The notes beneath the pieces were generated by a model that was not told the origin of the DNA, searched no databases, and saw nothing but the letters and a program-made list of their open reading frames with translations. This document shows positions 39,084-49,777 of a stretch of 64,000 nt of DNA, piece by piece. Position 1 is the stretch's first letter. Each line of letters opens with the position of its first letter. Source of the stretch: Roseibacillus sp. Lineage in GTDB: Bacteria > Verrucomicrobiota > Verrucomicrobiia > Verrucomicrobiales > Akkermansiaceae. Location: assembly GCA_965242925.1 (NCBI GenBank), contig CBDEUM010000004.1, forward strand, positions 64,001-128,000. Direction: 5' to 3'. The position numbers and the translations under genes are program-made.

Positions 39084-39578
39084 ATGAGCCTTGATCCAGG
39101 GCAGCAGGGGGCCTTGACTGGCGGGGTGGGAAGTCGTCTGGGCATTCCGGAGTACGCCATGGCACTGGCGCACGTGGCTTCGTTGCGTTCGGAGGATCCC
39201 TATCGCAAGGTGGGGGCCGCGGCGCTGGATGGGGACAATCGCGTGATCGGGACGGCCTACAACGGGCTCGCACCAGGCTTTGATCCGCCTCCTGGATTCT
39301 GGGACGATCGGGCGACACGCCAGAAATTCATGCTGCACGCCGAAATCAATCTGTGCAGTCTCTTCCGGCGGGGGGAAGCCAGGTTGGTCGCCACTACGAC
39401 CATGCCCTGTACCTCGTGTATGCAGACGCTCTGCTCATACGGTATCGAGGAGATCTATTTCCATGAGATCTACCACCGGTCCGATGCGCCGGAGATCGCG
39501 GAGTTGTACGGAATCAGGCTGGAGCAGGTGGATTACTATCCGCTCAGTGAGTTCGGGTCTCTCGATTCCACCCGCTAG
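39084..39578 (+). CDS. dCMP deaminase family protein
   Basis: RSEDPYRKVGA, YNG, HAEIN, PCTSC zinc-binding motifs. Confidence 0.9.
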   Translation: MSLDPGQQGALTGGVGSRLGIPEYAMALAHVASLRSEDPYRKVGAAALDGDNRVIGTAYNGLAPGFDPPPGFWDDRATRQKFMLHAEINLCSLFRRGEARLVATTTMPCTSCMQTLCSYGIEEIYFHEIYHRSDAPEIAELYGIRLEQVDYYPLSEFGSLDSTR

Positions 39579-39607
39579 CCTGCCAGCGGAACGGGGAGGC
39601 AGCCGGG

Positions 39608-40438
39608 CTAGTCTCCGTCCTCGGTTGCACCGCCGTAAAAGCTCTTTACGAAACCGACTTCTATCATGGTGTCCTCCCACGGCGCGATGGCCGCAGCGCG
39701 ACGGAAGACGCGGCGGGCGCTGGCGCGCCAGCGCTCAGCCTCGCTTTCATTGCCGTCATGATAGGAGATGGCTGCGTTGGCATAATAGTAGTAGGGATAG
39801 TCGTCGAGATAGTCGTATTTATTTGCAAGCAGGCGTGCTTCGTCGACCTGCCCCATCCTGAGCTTGCACAGGAAGTACTTGAACTCGATAAGCCGGATCA
39901 TGGCGACATTTGCCGGATCCATGTCGGGAAGGATTTTCTCGATGCGCTCATGACACAACTTCCATTTCTTGGTCACGAAATCCATCTCGGCCAGGTTGAA
40001 GAGTATATTCAGGACGGGCCGGATCCTGCGTTTACGAGCGTCGCCCTGCACTCCCTGGAGATCCTTGAGAAAATCCCCCTGTTTTTCCAGGGCGGCTTCG
40101 AAGGATGAGCGGGCTTTCTTGAAGTTGCGGAATTCTACATGGCAGGCACCCTCGAGATTGAGCGAATTGGGGTTATCTGGAAAGATCCGCTGTGCCTCTG
40201 CGATTTCGTTGAGTGATTCGATAATTCGCTTTTGATTGAAGAGACGGGAAGCCTCGAGCATGTGCTTGCGGAAGGCCTTCTTTTCAACGGGATCGATTTC
40301 CTCAAAGTCTTTCTGCCACTGAGGGACAATTTTCTCCTCGTCCGCAGTAGGGACAAGGGGCTTCTCCTGAGCCTGTAACGGGCAGATGAACAAGGTGAGT
40401 GAAGCGCAAAGGAATAGAAGCGTGGGATAATGGTGCAT
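39608..40438 (-). CDS. Secreted TPR-like protein
   Basis: Signal peptide ending LQA; TPR-like helices (NSLNLEGACHVEFRNFKKARSSFEAAL; LFNLAEMDF). Confidence 0.75.
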   Translation of the reverse strand: MHHYPTLLFLCASLTLFICPLQAQEKPLVPTADEEKIVPQWQKDFEEIDPVEKKAFRKHMLEASRLFNQKRIIESLNEIAEAQRIFPDNPNSLNLEGACHVEFRNFKKARSSFEAALEKQGDFLKDLQGVQGDARKRRIRPVLNILFNLAEMDFVTKKWKLCHERIEKILPDMDPANVAMIRLIEFKYFLCKLRMGQVDEARLLANKYDYLDDYPYYYYANAAISYHDGNESEAERWRASARRVFRRAAAIAPWEDTMIEVGFVKSFYGGATEDGD

Positions 40439-40485
40439 GGCGAGTGTTAGCTTAATTCAATATTTCAGGTCTCAGAGCCCTCAAG

Positions 40486-41067
40486 TCAAGACTGGCATCC
40501 GTACAGGGCACGGGCGTGGATAAACGTGGCCACATCCGGGTGGAGCCAGTCGACGGGCAGGTATTCCGGGGTTCGGCTACGTATTTCACTGGCCGAGGCC
40601 GGGTGGCTCCCCGGAACGGAATGCACGCGGAAACCGGGTTGAGGTCGAGGTTCGTCACCTCGATCGTGTACGATGAATTCAACCAGATCAGCCAGATGAG
40701 CGGGCCGGCTCCAGGTCTGGATGGCGTTCCACTGATCGGTGCCCATGAGCCAGAACAGGCGGGATTCGGGATAGATTTCCGACATCGCTTCAGCAGTGAT
40801 CCATGAGTAGGACGGGGGTAAAAGCTGCATTTCGATTTCGCTGACGACGGCCCACGACACCCCTGCCAGGGCGAGCTCAAGCATTTCAATGCGCTCGTCT
40901 TCGCTGGCCAGTGGGCACTCGTTCTTATGGGGTGATTGCCTGCACGGAATGAAAATGACCCGATCCAGATTCATTTTTTCCCGAGCCAGGCCGGCGATGG
41001 CGAGGTGCCCCAGATGGACTGGATCAAAAGTTCCGCCAAATAAGGCGACACGTCGGGGAGAGTCCAT
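40486..41067 (-). CDS. nadD: Nicotinate-nucleotide adenylyltransferase
   Basis: ALFGGTFDPVHLGH, QSPHK, WLMGTDQ, ASASEIR. Confidence 0.94.
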   Translation of the reverse strand: MDSPRRVALFGGTFDPVHLGHLAIAGLAREKMNLDRVIFIPCRQSPHKNECPLASEDERIEMLELALAGVSWAVVSEIEMQLLPPSYSWITAEAMSEIYPESRLFWLMGTDQWNAIQTWSRPAHLADLVEFIVHDRGDEPRPQPGFRVHSVPGSHPASASEIRSRTPEYLPVDWLHPDVATFIHARALYGCQS

Positions 41068-41089
41068 GGAAGGAATGCCTGAGGCCCGG

Positions 41090-41836
41090 TCAGGATCCGG
41101 AGCGTCTTTCAATTTCGATTTCGCCCAGGATCTGATCCTGCGAGACCACGAACTGGTTGAGTTTCATCAGTTCGAGGAGGGCGAGAAAGGTGACGATCAC
41201 CTCTGACTTGGTGGAAGCAGAAGCAAATAGCGACTTGAAGGGCATGCTCTGGCCGGGTGACAGATTTTTCAGCAACATGTCCATCTTGTCGGAGACCGTG
41301 AAGCGGTCGTCGATGATGTCACCAAGGTCGTGGGCTTCCTCAAAGCGCTTGAGGACTCCCTGGAAGGCACGAATCAGGTCAAAGATGGAGATCTCGGCCA
41401 GGGGAGCGGCTTCGGGTTTGGCGGATTCGGGCTTCTCCGGGGCATTGACGAAAACATCCTCCTGTTTGCGGGCCTTCTGGGCGAGGACATTGGCGGCATC
41501 CTTGAACTTCTTGTACTCGATGAGTTGGCGGATAAGCTCCCAGCGGGGGTCATCCTCGTCACAATCTTCCTCCGGGGGTTGCTCGCTCCTGGGAAGAAGG
41601 GTGCGGCTTTTGATGTACATGAGGTTGGCCGCCATCACGATAAACTCCGAAGCCAGATCAATATTGAGCAGTTTGAAGGTCTGAATGTAGTGGAGATATT
41701 GCTTGGTGATGCGCTCGAGTGAGATGTCATAGATGTCAATTTCGTCCTTCTTGATCAGGTAAAGGAGAAGATCGAGGGGGCCCTCGAATATTTCGAGCCT
41801 TACCTTGTAGACATCAGCTTCCACGAGCGGTTCCAT
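41090..41836 (-). CDS. scpA: Segregation/condensation protein A
   Basis: FEGPLDLLLYLI, DIYDI, EFIVMAA, IKSRTLLP, VTFLALLEL. Confidence 0.95.
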   Translation of the reverse strand: MEPLVEADVYKVRLEIFEGPLDLLLYLIKKDEIDIYDISLERITKQYLHYIQTFKLLNIDLASEFIVMAANLMYIKSRTLLPRSEQPPEEDCDEDDPRWELIRQLIEYKKFKDAANVLAQKARKQEDVFVNAPEKPESAKPEAAPLAEISIFDLIRAFQGVLKRFEEAHDLGDIIDDRFTVSDKMDMLLKNLSPGQSMPFKSLFASASTKSEVIVTFLALLELMKLNQFVVSQDQILGEIEIERRSGS

Positions 41837-41953
41837 AGGATAGGGCGTCGAAGTGGGCGAGGTAAAAGGCGAATCCGGGAGCGACTAGCACAAATGAGAT
41901 TGGCAAAATCGTGCTATGTAGTTAATGATCCCGCTCCCACGGGGTCCTCCAGC

Positions 41954-43636
41954 ATGCAGAATAATCAGCAGAAACTTGATGAATTCCAGGCTCGCATGAG
42001 CCACTGGGTGGCCAGCCAGGGCCTTGTCTTCCAGTTGATGCACGGTGGGTCGGTGCAAGGAGCACGCTCAACGATTTTCGGATGGTTGGCGAGAATGTGC
42101 CTGCGCGTCATGATTCTGCTCCTTGTAGGCGGTCTGATATTTTTGTTCTATCTCATCAGGCGTCCGTCCTCAGAACTTTTCAACGCCCGGGTCAGTGAGG
42201 CTTTAGAGGATGCCACGGGCGCCACACACAAGAGCCTCGATGTCCACAACGAGTGGATCGAGACCCCCCTTGGCCTCATCAGCAGGAAGGCTGGCTATCT
42301 TGAGTTGACCAGCCTCGACATGAAGGGCGGCGAGGATTCTTTTTTTGATTGGGTTCGTCTGCGAAATGCCAAGACGCGGATGGGATTTCTTGCCGGGATG
42401 GTTACAGATTGGGATGGAGAAGAGGTTGTCATTGGGAGTCTCAATCTAAGCGTGAAGTCGGGATCCGAGGATGCCGACGGGGCCGCGATCTACCAGACGA
42501 TCTTCAACAAAGGGGAGAAATTCTCCTTCGATCGGGTGGAAGTGCAGAATGCCAGTCTCAGTTGGGGGTATTCGGAGGTGACGGCCGGCAAGATTGAGAA
42601 CTCCAGATTGAGTGCCCATAGGAAAGGGGAGGGGTGGAGCGTGATCTTCAAAGGAGGAACCTTTTCGCAGAACTGGCTGAAGGATCTGGAGATCGAAAAG
42701 CTGGAATGTGAACTCACAAGGGAAGGGTTTGAGATTACCGATGGGCGGCTAAGGGGCCGCGAAGGTGTTGGTGTGCTCACCCTGAATGCAAAGGTGACTG
42801 GTCCGGTCACCGGTCCGCAGGTGAGCGGTTCGGGCACCATGCAGGGCATTCCCTTCGACAGTTATCTGGACGACGAGGTGCGGCCTTTTGTCGGGGGGCG
42901 CCTGTCAGGAAACTTCAATCTGGGCGGGTCACCCTATATTTCGAGTGGGGTCACCATGGCTGCGCAGATCGTGCTGGGGGCCGATGATGAAATTGTCATC
43001 CGTGATAAGATCAAGTTGCTTGATGCCATCTCGCTGGTCGACCGGTATCGAAGCTACAAGAAAGTGCGTTTCCGGGCAGGAAGGTTCAATTTCGAGACAG
43101 GCAAGAAGGTTGCGGCCTTCACCGAAATCAGCCTGGAGGCCACGGATCACATGAAACTGGAGGGTGAGTTCATCTCCCGGCCCCCGGCTACCCAGGAGGT
43201 GACTGATGCGATCTATTTCGATGAGCACGGCACTGCCCGCCCCCCGTCTGCAGATAATAAGGAGGCGGACGAGCTCCTGGAAGAGGTAGATGCAGCAGAT
43301 TTCAACCTGAAGGATGCCGCCAAGGCGGCGCGTGAGGAATCAGACAGTGATCAGAAGATCAAGACGATCTTCCAGTCCGAGGTCTTTGGGCTGGAAGTCA
43401 TGCGTCGGGAGGAAGAGGCGAGGGCCCGCTACCGGCGAATCCCCTTCCTTCAGGGCGTATTGAGAATGGGTTTGCACGCCAAGGCCTTCGAACCGAGTCG
43501 GTCCAGGGAGTTGGCCGAGATATATCCCATCGACGACAAGTCCGGCTTCCGTTGGCTCGAGATCGATCTGGACCAGGGCCTTCCCAGTGCCGGCATAGAA
43601 GCTGCGGAGAAGATCCTGCTTCACGCCAAGGACTGA
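41954..43636 (+). CDS. Hypothetical membrane-anchored beta-rich protein (AsmA-like)
   Basis: One N-terminal TM helix followed by a long run of alternating beta-strand-like sequence. Confidence 0.55.
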   Translation: MQNNQQKLDEFQARMSHWVASQGLVFQLMHGGSVQGARSTIFGWLARMCLRVMILLLVGGLIFLFYLIRRPSSELFNARVSEALEDATGATHKSLDVHNEWIETPLGLISRKAGYLELTSLDMKGGEDSFFDWVRLRNAKTRMGFLAGMVTDWDGEEVVIGSLNLSVKSGSEDADGAAIYQTIFNKGEKFSFDRVEVQNASLSWGYSEVTAGKIENSRLSAHRKGEGWSVIFKGGTFSQNWLKDLEIEKLECELTREGFEITDGRLRGREGVGVLTLNAKVTGPVTGPQVSGSGTMQGIPFDSYLDDEVRPFVGGRLSGNFNLGGSPYISSGVTMAAQIVLGADDEIVIRDKIKLLDAISLVDRYRSYKKVRFRAGRFNFETGKKVAAFTEISLEATDHMKLEGEFISRPPATQEVTDAIYFDEHGTARPPSADNKEADELLEEVDAADFNLKDAAKAAREESDSDQKIKTIFQSEVFGLEVMRREEEARARYRRIPFLQGVLRMGLHAKAFEPSRSRELAEIYPIDDKSGFRWLEIDLDQGLPSAGIEAAEKILLHAKD

Positions 43637-43651
43637 ACCCCGGGGTTTCCC

Positions 43652-44557
43652 TCACGGTCGGGATCCGCCCAGTCCAAGGTCTGTCGCGATCTGCCTGGTG
43701 GCACTGCTCTTGTTGAGGGTGTAGAAATGGAGCCCTTCAACACCTTCTCTTATCAGCTCCCGGCATTGTTCGGTGGCATAGCTGGTGCCTGCTCCAGCAA
43801 AGGCTTCCGGGCTGTCCTCCAATCCGGCGAGGTCACGTTGCAGCTTGGCCGGGAAGTGAACCCCGGCTGCGAGTTCCGCCATGCGGACCATCCCCTCAGG
43901 GGTGGTGATAGGCATGATTCCGGCGATAATGGGGATCGTGATTCCGGCCAGATGACAACGCTCCCGGAAATCCAGGAAGTCATGATTGTCGAAAAAGAGC
44001 TGGGTGCAGATGTAGTCGGCACCGGCATCAACCTTCGCCTTGAGGTAGTCCATCTCCTTCATGCGGTTCTGGGTTTCGGGGTGCCCCTCGGGGAAGCCTG
44101 CCACCCCGATCCCAAATCCCCCTGAAGGGTGCTGGTGAGTGTGGTTGAATTTCTGGATGAAGCGGATCAGATCAGAGGCGTATTGGAAGATGTCCTGCGA
44201 GCGATCGTAGGCGGGCCTGTCGCGGGGAGGATCTCCACGGAGCGCGAGAATGGTGCTGACCCCTGCTTCAGCGTATTGGTTCAAGATAGCCTCGATCTCA
44301 GGGGCATCGTGACAGGTGCAGGTGAGGTGTGGCACCGCGGGAATGGATGTTTCCTGCAGGATTCGGAGAACAAGCTGATGAGTGAGATCCCTCGTGGAGC
44401 CTCCCGCTCCATAGGTCACACTGACGAAAGAGGGGTTCAGTTCCTTGAGGTCGTGGATGGTTGCCAGAAGGCTCTCCGCGCCCTTCTCCGTTCTGGGAGG
44501 GAAGAACTCGAAGGAGATGGAGGGCCGGCGGTTCCGGAAAATGTCGGAAATCTGCAT
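43652..44557 (-). CDS. metF: 5,10-methylenetetrahydrofolate reductase
   Basis: SFEFFPP, SVTYGAGG, PHLTC, LALRGDPP, GFPEGH, TQLFFD, HFYTLN. Confidence 0.97.
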   Translation of the reverse strand: MQISDIFRNRRPSISFEFFPPRTEKGAESLLATIHDLKELNPSFVSVTYGAGGSTRDLTHQLVLRILQETSIPAVPHLTCTCHDAPEIEAILNQYAEAGVSTILALRGDPPRDRPAYDRSQDIFQYASDLIRFIQKFNHTHQHPSGGFGIGVAGFPEGHPETQNRMKEMDYLKAKVDAGADYICTQLFFDNHDFLDFRERCHLAGITIPIIAGIMPITTPEGMVRMAELAAGVHFPAKLQRDLAGLEDSPEAFAGAGTSYATEQCRELIREGVEGLHFYTLNKSSATRQIATDLGLGGSRP

Positions 44558-44705
44558 GGTTTGCGCGTTCTGCTAGCGCCAGGTCGGAATCGGTCCAGCG
44601 AAATCCTGTTTGGAATGAAACCTCCAGCCTGTCCGGGGGTTAAATTCTGTGACGCGCCAGTCATATAGCGTCGCCAAGCCGACCGATCCCTATCATAATA
44701 TCGTC

Positions 44706-45479
44706 ATGATAACAGTCCGCAAATCCCTCATGTTCCTGCTGGGAATGATGATCCTCCCGATCGCCCAGGTGGCGGAGGGGGTTGATGAGAGGGGTGGCGC
44801 ACGTGAACCGGGCTCCAGACAGGGCCCAAAGCCGGGCATGAAGGGAGAGCGGAAGCGCAAGGGGCCGGTCAGAGAGGATTTCATGGCGAGTTATGACCGC
44901 AATAAGGACGGAAAGATCTCCTTTGAGGAGTTTGGATCCACCAGGAAGACAGCTGCCCTTGAGGAGGAAGGGAGGCGGCGTCTGTTTAATCATCTGGACA
45001 AGAATAAGGATGGCACAATCACCCCGAATGAGTTGCCCAAGGCCATGCCCCGTCCCGTCCGCGATAGTGACCTGAACCGGAATGGGAGAATCAGCTTTGA
45101 GGAGTTCCGGCAGAATGAGCGTCTGAAGGGGGTCAGTGAGGAACGCATCAAGGCGATGTTCGCCCGCATGGACCGAGACAATGACAGATCCCTTACTCCT
45201 CAGGATTTCCGTCGCCGTGGTCCCCGGCCCCCTGACCGGAGCGAATCCGACAAGCTTGATACGGATCGTGACCACGCCTTGTCATTCCGGGAGTGGAAGA
45301 AGAGCCCTCGGCACAAGATTACTCCGGAGGAGGAACTCCGCCGGCGCTTTAACATGCTCGATCGTAACAAGGACGGGAAACTGGACGATAAGGATCGTGA
45401 TCGGGAGAGGGAGAATGGGGAAGGTCCCAGGCCAGGTCCGCGTCACCACCCGCCCCGGCGCGAGAGCGGAAAGCCCTAG
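44706..45479 (+). CDS. Secreted multi-EF-hand protein
   Basis: Signal peptide; six EF-hand-like loops (DRNKDGKISFEE, DKNKDGTITPNE, DLNRNGRISFEE, DRDNDRSLTPQD, DTDRDHALSFRE, DRNKDGKLDDKD). Confidence 0.85.
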   Translation: MITVRKSLMFLLGMMILPIAQVAEGVDERGGAREPGSRQGPKPGMKGERKRKGPVREDFMASYDRNKDGKISFEEFGSTRKTAALEEEGRRRLFNHLDKNKDGTITPNELPKAMPRPVRDSDLNRNGRISFEEFRQNERLKGVSEERIKAMFARMDRDNDRSLTPQDFRRRGPRPPDRSESDKLDTDRDHALSFREWKKSPRHKITPEEELRRRFNMLDRNKDGKLDDKDRDRERENGEGPRPGPRHHPPRRESGKP

Positions 45480-45511
45480 CCTGTTTCAGATGAGTCAGCG
45501 GGCCATCCCGC

Positions 45512-46207
45512 TCAGAAGGAGACTTCGAACCAGAGGCCTCCATAGATCTCGCTTCCGTCTCTGCTGTCCAGTTCGCAGGACCATCCTGCAAAGGGCGTTA
45601 TGGAGAGCATGGTGTTGATGTTGTGGGTCAGCGACGCCTGACCATGGAAGTCGTTCAAACCGGACCGCTCGTAGTAGTCCTCAACCGCGGAGATGCCAGC
45701 GCTGATTCTGAGGTAGGTCTTGTCGGAAAGGGGGATGGACCAATTACTGCCAAGGTGGGCATACCAGCCGTTTGTCGCGAGATCACGATGCACTTTCGCT
45801 TCCATATTCCAGTTTCTGTCCGCGTGCCAGGTGAGGAACAGGCCCAGATCAAAGCCGTTCTCAAGGAAGCTGTGACCGTAGGCGTGGTAGGAGGCGGATC
45901 CCCCGACCGTGATGTCCTTGTGTAGACTGTAGGATAGATCCAGAAAGGCGCCCCCTTCAGTGAAGTTGTCGCTGACCTCGGTGGCAAACCAGCCGCCAGC
46001 GCCGAGAGCAAGCGTGTCGTCGAGGACGACCTCGGTTTCCAGTTGGAAATCCATGACCACATCAGCAAGGTTGAACCCGCGGTAGACATAATCACTGCGA
46101 ATGCCGGTGACGGCCTCGATGCCGAGCGGGATATCGTCCTCCAGATCGGCGGAAAGAGGGGAGGCAGCAAAGGAAGCAGCAAGGAGAGCGATGACGAGGT
46201 GCTTCAT
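45512..46207 (-). CDS. Outer-membrane beta-barrel protein (TorF-like putative porin)
   Basis: Signal peptide; SDYVYRG; alternating strands; C-terminal GLWFEVSF beta-signal. Confidence 0.75.
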   Translation of the reverse strand: MKHLVIALLAASFAASPLSADLEDDIPLGIEAVTGIRSDYVYRGFNLADVVMDFQLETEVVLDDTLALGAGGWFATEVSDNFTEGGAFLDLSYSLHKDITVGGSASYHAYGHSFLENGFDLGLFLTWHADRNWNMEAKVHRDLATNGWYAHLGSNWSIPLSDKTYLRISAGISAVEDYYERSGLNDFHGQASLTHNINTMLSITPFAGWSCELDSRDGSEIYGGLWFEVSF

Positions 46208-46309
46208 GGCGAAAGCGGGTGGTTTCAGCGATGGGGCGCGAACAGGGATCGCACGATGGAGCCTGGATGGGAGGAGTGCAAGCTGCCAATGGCATGAGCT
46301 TGCGCTGTC

Positions 46310-48109
46310 TTATTGGTCTTTTTGCTCCCGAGCCACGCTCTTGATTTGCAGGTCACGAAGTTGGTTGGGTGCCGCAGGGGCCGGACTGGAAGTCATGAGA
46401 TCGGCTCCCTTGTTGTTCTTGGGAAAGGCGATCACCTCACGGATGGATTGCTCGCCAGCAATGAGCATGACGATGCGATCCAGACCCAGTGCGAGGCCTC
46501 CGTGGGGAGGGGCGCCGAACTGGAAGGCATCCAGAATATGTCCGAATTCCGCCCGGGCTTTCTCCTCGCTGATGCCGAGTGCCTCGAACATGGTTGCCTG
46601 CATGTCCGCTTCATGAATTCGGATGGATCCACCGCCCAGTTCATGGCCATTGAGGACGACGTCGTAGGCCTGTGCCCGCAAGCCTTCATATTCTCCGGAC
46701 TCCAGTCTGGAGCGGTCCTCATCGACGGGCCGGGTGAAGGGATGGTGGACCGCGGCCCAGCGTCCCTCTTCCTCGTCATAGGCGAGCAGGGGGAACTCAG
46801 TCACCCACAGGAAATCAAACTCGTTTTCCTTCCCCTCCAGCAGTCCCTGCATGGAGGCGCATTCGAGGCGGATGCGGCCCAGAATTTCGCAGGCCGCCTG
46901 CCACTTGTCCGCGGCGAAAAGAACGAGGTCGCCCTCTTCCACCTCGAGTTCATCCTTCAGACCGGCCAGTTCCTCCTTGCTGAAAAACTTGGTGATCGGG
47001 GAGCGCCACGTCCCGGGATCTTCCCCCCTCACCTGGATGTAGGCCAAGCCCCTGGCTCCATGATTCACCGCAATCTCGGTAAGCTTGTCCACCTGGCCGG
47101 TCGTGATCCCGGAAAACCCCTTGGCGTTGATGGCCTTGACCACACCCCCGTTCGCGACCGCTCCGGAGAAGACCTTGAATCCGCTCTCCGCAAAGAGTTC
47201 GCTGAGGTCTGCAATCTCCATGCCGAAACGGCGTTCTGGCTTGTCAGAACCGAAGCGATCCATGGCGTCATGCCAGGTCATGCGCTCGAAGGGGGTGGAG
47301 ATATTCAGCCCTCGACCGGCCTCGAACATCGCTGCGAGGCAACCTTCGACAAGTTCGATGATCTGATCGGGATCGGTGAAGGACGACTCAATGTCGACCT
47401 GGGTGAACTCGGGTTGACGGTCGGCCCGAAGGTCCTCGTCGCGGAAGCAGCGCGCAATCTGAAAGTAGCGCTCCACACCTGCCACCATCAGGAGTTGCTT
47501 GTACTGCTGCGGGGCCTGGGGAAGGGCATAGAAGGAACCATGATGCATCCGCGAGGGGACCAGGAAGTCCCGGGCACCCTCCGGGGTCGATTTTGATAGA
47601 ATGGGAGTTTCCACCTCGATGTAACCCCTGGCATCCAGGTAATCACGGGCTGCCTTGGTAACCAGGTGCCGGATGCGTAGATTCCTTGTCAAGCGCGGAC
47701 GCCGCAGGTCCAGGAACCGGTGTCTGAGGCGCAGGTCTTCATTGGACAGTTCCTTCTCCAGCTGGAACGGGAGGACCTCGGCCTTGTTGATAATGACCAG
47801 GTCGGTCGCGGCCACTTCTATCTCCCCGGTCGGTAGGTCTGGGTTGATGGTGCTCTTGCCATCAATTTCGGGGCGGGCCTCAACGCTGCCGGTCACCTGC
47901 ACAACGTCCTCCGCCCGCAGGGAATGCGAAAGCTTGGCGGATTCGGCAGACTCGTCCGGACGGAAGACGCACTGCGTGAGACCTTCGCGGTCCCTTAAAT
48001 CGATGAAAATGACGCCTCCATGGTCCCGGGCCGAATTGACCCAGCCAATCAGGGTGATCGTTTGACCATTGTTATCGGGACGGAGTTCGTTGCAGTGGTG
48101 TGTTCTCAT
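46310..48109 (-). CDS. aspS: Aspartate--tRNA ligase
   Basis: MRTHHCNEL, RDHGGVIFIDLRD, TPEGARDF, CFRDEDLRADRQPEFTQ, HHPFT, GAPPHGG. Confidence 0.98.
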   Translation of the reverse strand: MRTHHCNELRPDNNGQTITLIGWVNSARDHGGVIFIDLRDREGLTQCVFRPDESAESAKLSHSLRAEDVVQVTGSVEARPEIDGKSTINPDLPTGEIEVAATDLVIINKAEVLPFQLEKELSNEDLRLRHRFLDLRRPRLTRNLRIRHLVTKAARDYLDARGYIEVETPILSKSTPEGARDFLVPSRMHHGSFYALPQAPQQYKQLLMVAGVERYFQIARCFRDEDLRADRQPEFTQVDIESSFTDPDQIIELVEGCLAAMFEAGRGLNISTPFERMTWHDAMDRFGSDKPERRFGMEIADLSELFAESGFKVFSGAVANGGVVKAINAKGFSGITTGQVDKLTEIAVNHGARGLAYIQVRGEDPGTWRSPITKFFSKEELAGLKDELEVEEGDLVLFAADKWQAACEILGRIRLECASMQGLLEGKENEFDFLWVTEFPLLAYDEEEGRWAAVHHPFTRPVDEDRSRLESGEYEGLRAQAYDVVLNGHELGGGSIRIHEADMQATMFEALGISEEKARAEFGHILDAFQFGAPPHGGLALGLDRIVMLIAGEQSIREVIAFPKNNKGADLMTSSPAPAAPNQLRDLQIKSVAREQKDQ

Positions 48110-48178
48110 CGAGGCTGTATTTCGGATTGCAGGCGGCTCGTCAGGCCCCACCTGAGGAGTTTTCTGTGCAGAATGCTG

Positions 48179-49474
48179 CTAGGCAATCAGGGGGCCATCT
48201 GGCTGGTCGAGACGGGTGCGCAGCAGTTCGATGGGATCTGAATCTGGTGAAATGGACTCTTCGGTGCGGGAATTGAGATTCCTGAGGGTGAGTGCAGGGA
48301 ACTCGCTGCCAACAACGAAGGCGAACCGTGCGAGGGTCTGGTCAGCGGCCTTGAATTGCTTGTTTATCCTGAGAGGGGCAAGGGGGTAATCGGCACCGAG
48401 ACCGGATTCGCGGAGGGTGTTCACGAGTTTGACGGCTTCGGCGCGCTTCGATTCATCCGCAATGACTACGTAGGCATCGCAGGTGGACTGACGCTGGAGC
48501 CAGGCCTGGTACTGGGCGAGGGGACCAGCGGTCTCATTGAGGAGTTCCATGATTACACAATCTCCCATGGCGTAACCGGTGGCAGGAAGATCGATTGAAT
48601 CATCCGTGACGATTGATACGAGGGAATCATAGCGCCCACCTCCCGCCACGGAACGGAGGGTCTTTCCGGCATCGAAAACCTCGAAAACAACTCCGGTGTA
48701 GTAGGCCAGGCCGCGCACGATCGAGAGGTCAATCGCGGCGAAGCGATCAAGGCCGCGGATTGCGAGATCTGAAAGAACGGCGGACAGGTTCGCGGAACAT
48801 TCCCCGTCGGCGTCCTGAATGAACGAAAGGACGGTTTCCAACTCAACGGAGAAGGGTTTCAGGCGCTCCCGGAGTTTTTCTTCCGGATCACGCTCAATCT
48901 TGTCGACTACTTGAAGGAAGGCATCCAGTTGGGTGTCGCTTATGCCATTGCCCCGGCAAAATTCGAGCCAGGCTTCACGGTCCGAAAGACGCACGCAGAA
49001 CTCTCCCTCGCTGAAGCCAAGCTCCCGCATGACATCTATGGAGAGTGCGATCAGTTCGGCATCGGCGGAGGGAGAGGATTCCCCCAGGATGTCGGCGTTG
49101 AACTGGTAGAACTCCCGGGACCGCCCACGTTGCGGTTTTTCATAACGGAAGCAGCGGCCGATTTCAAACCACTTGAGGGGTTTCGGGTAGTCGCGCTGCT
49201 GGGCCGCTGTGATGCGGGCGAGGGAAGCGGTAAGCTCCGGGCGAAGAACCACATCCCGTCCCCCCTTGTCCTCAAAGCGGAAGAGTTGCTCGCTCAACTC
49301 GCCACCGGACTTCTTGAGATAGAGTTCGGCGCTTTCGAGCAGGGGCGCCTCATATTCCGAGAACCCGTAACGCCTGGCTACACGGGTCCAGGCCTCGAAC
49401 AGATAGCGAGACAACTGCCGCTGCCGCGGCGAAAAGTCGCGGAATCCTGGTAGTGGTTGGAAGTTCGATCCCAT
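48179..49474 (-). CDS. hisS: Histidine--tRNA ligase
   Basis: LPGFRDF, LRPELT, FRYEKPQRGRSREFYQ, VRGLAYYTG, GGGRYD. Confidence 0.96.
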   Translation of the reverse strand: MGSNFQPLPGFRDFSPRQRQLSRYLFEAWTRVARRYGFSEYEAPLLESAELYLKKSGGELSEQLFRFEDKGGRDVVLRPELTASLARITAAQQRDYPKPLKWFEIGRCFRYEKPQRGRSREFYQFNADILGESSPSADAELIALSIDVMRELGFSEGEFCVRLSDREAWLEFCRGNGISDTQLDAFLQVVDKIERDPEEKLRERLKPFSVELETVLSFIQDADGECSANLSAVLSDLAIRGLDRFAAIDLSIVRGLAYYTGVVFEVFDAGKTLRSVAGGGRYDSLVSIVTDDSIDLPATGYAMGDCVIMELLNETAGPLAQYQAWLQRQSTCDAYVVIADESKRAEAVKLVNTLRESGLGADYPLAPLRINKQFKAADQTLARFAFVVGSEFPALTLRNLNSRTEESISPDSDPIELLRTRLDQPDGPLIA

Positions 49475-49777
49475 TGGGTCCTGAAGCGGGCGGGGAGGAT
49501 AGGGACGCAGGCACGCTTGTCGAGGAGCGAGGCGGAAATCCGGTATTTGGCGGTGACAGGAAGGTGATGGCGCGGGATCCGGCAGGTCGTGTCCCTGGAC
49601 AGAATCCACACTCAATTAGTATCTTTTCCTTGAATGTCGAAAATACTGTAAGGGGAACGCCCGCACGATGCCAGTCCGGAAGTGCCGCGCTCAATATCAT
49701 TTTCAGAGGTATTGGCGGCGAGATCAGGTGGTCGAGTTTCGAGTTGGCAAAACAGTAGTGCCAATCTGAAATCCGGC

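Noticed and set aside
39084..39578. Deaminase as an anti-phage dCTP deaminase
   Set aside because: Single-domain, ordinary dCMP-deaminase size, no kinase domain, and a housekeeping context.
44558..44705. SAM/SAH riboswitch upstream of metF
   Set aside because: I could not find the conserved cores of SAM-I, SAM-II or SAH aptamers in this short divergent gap.
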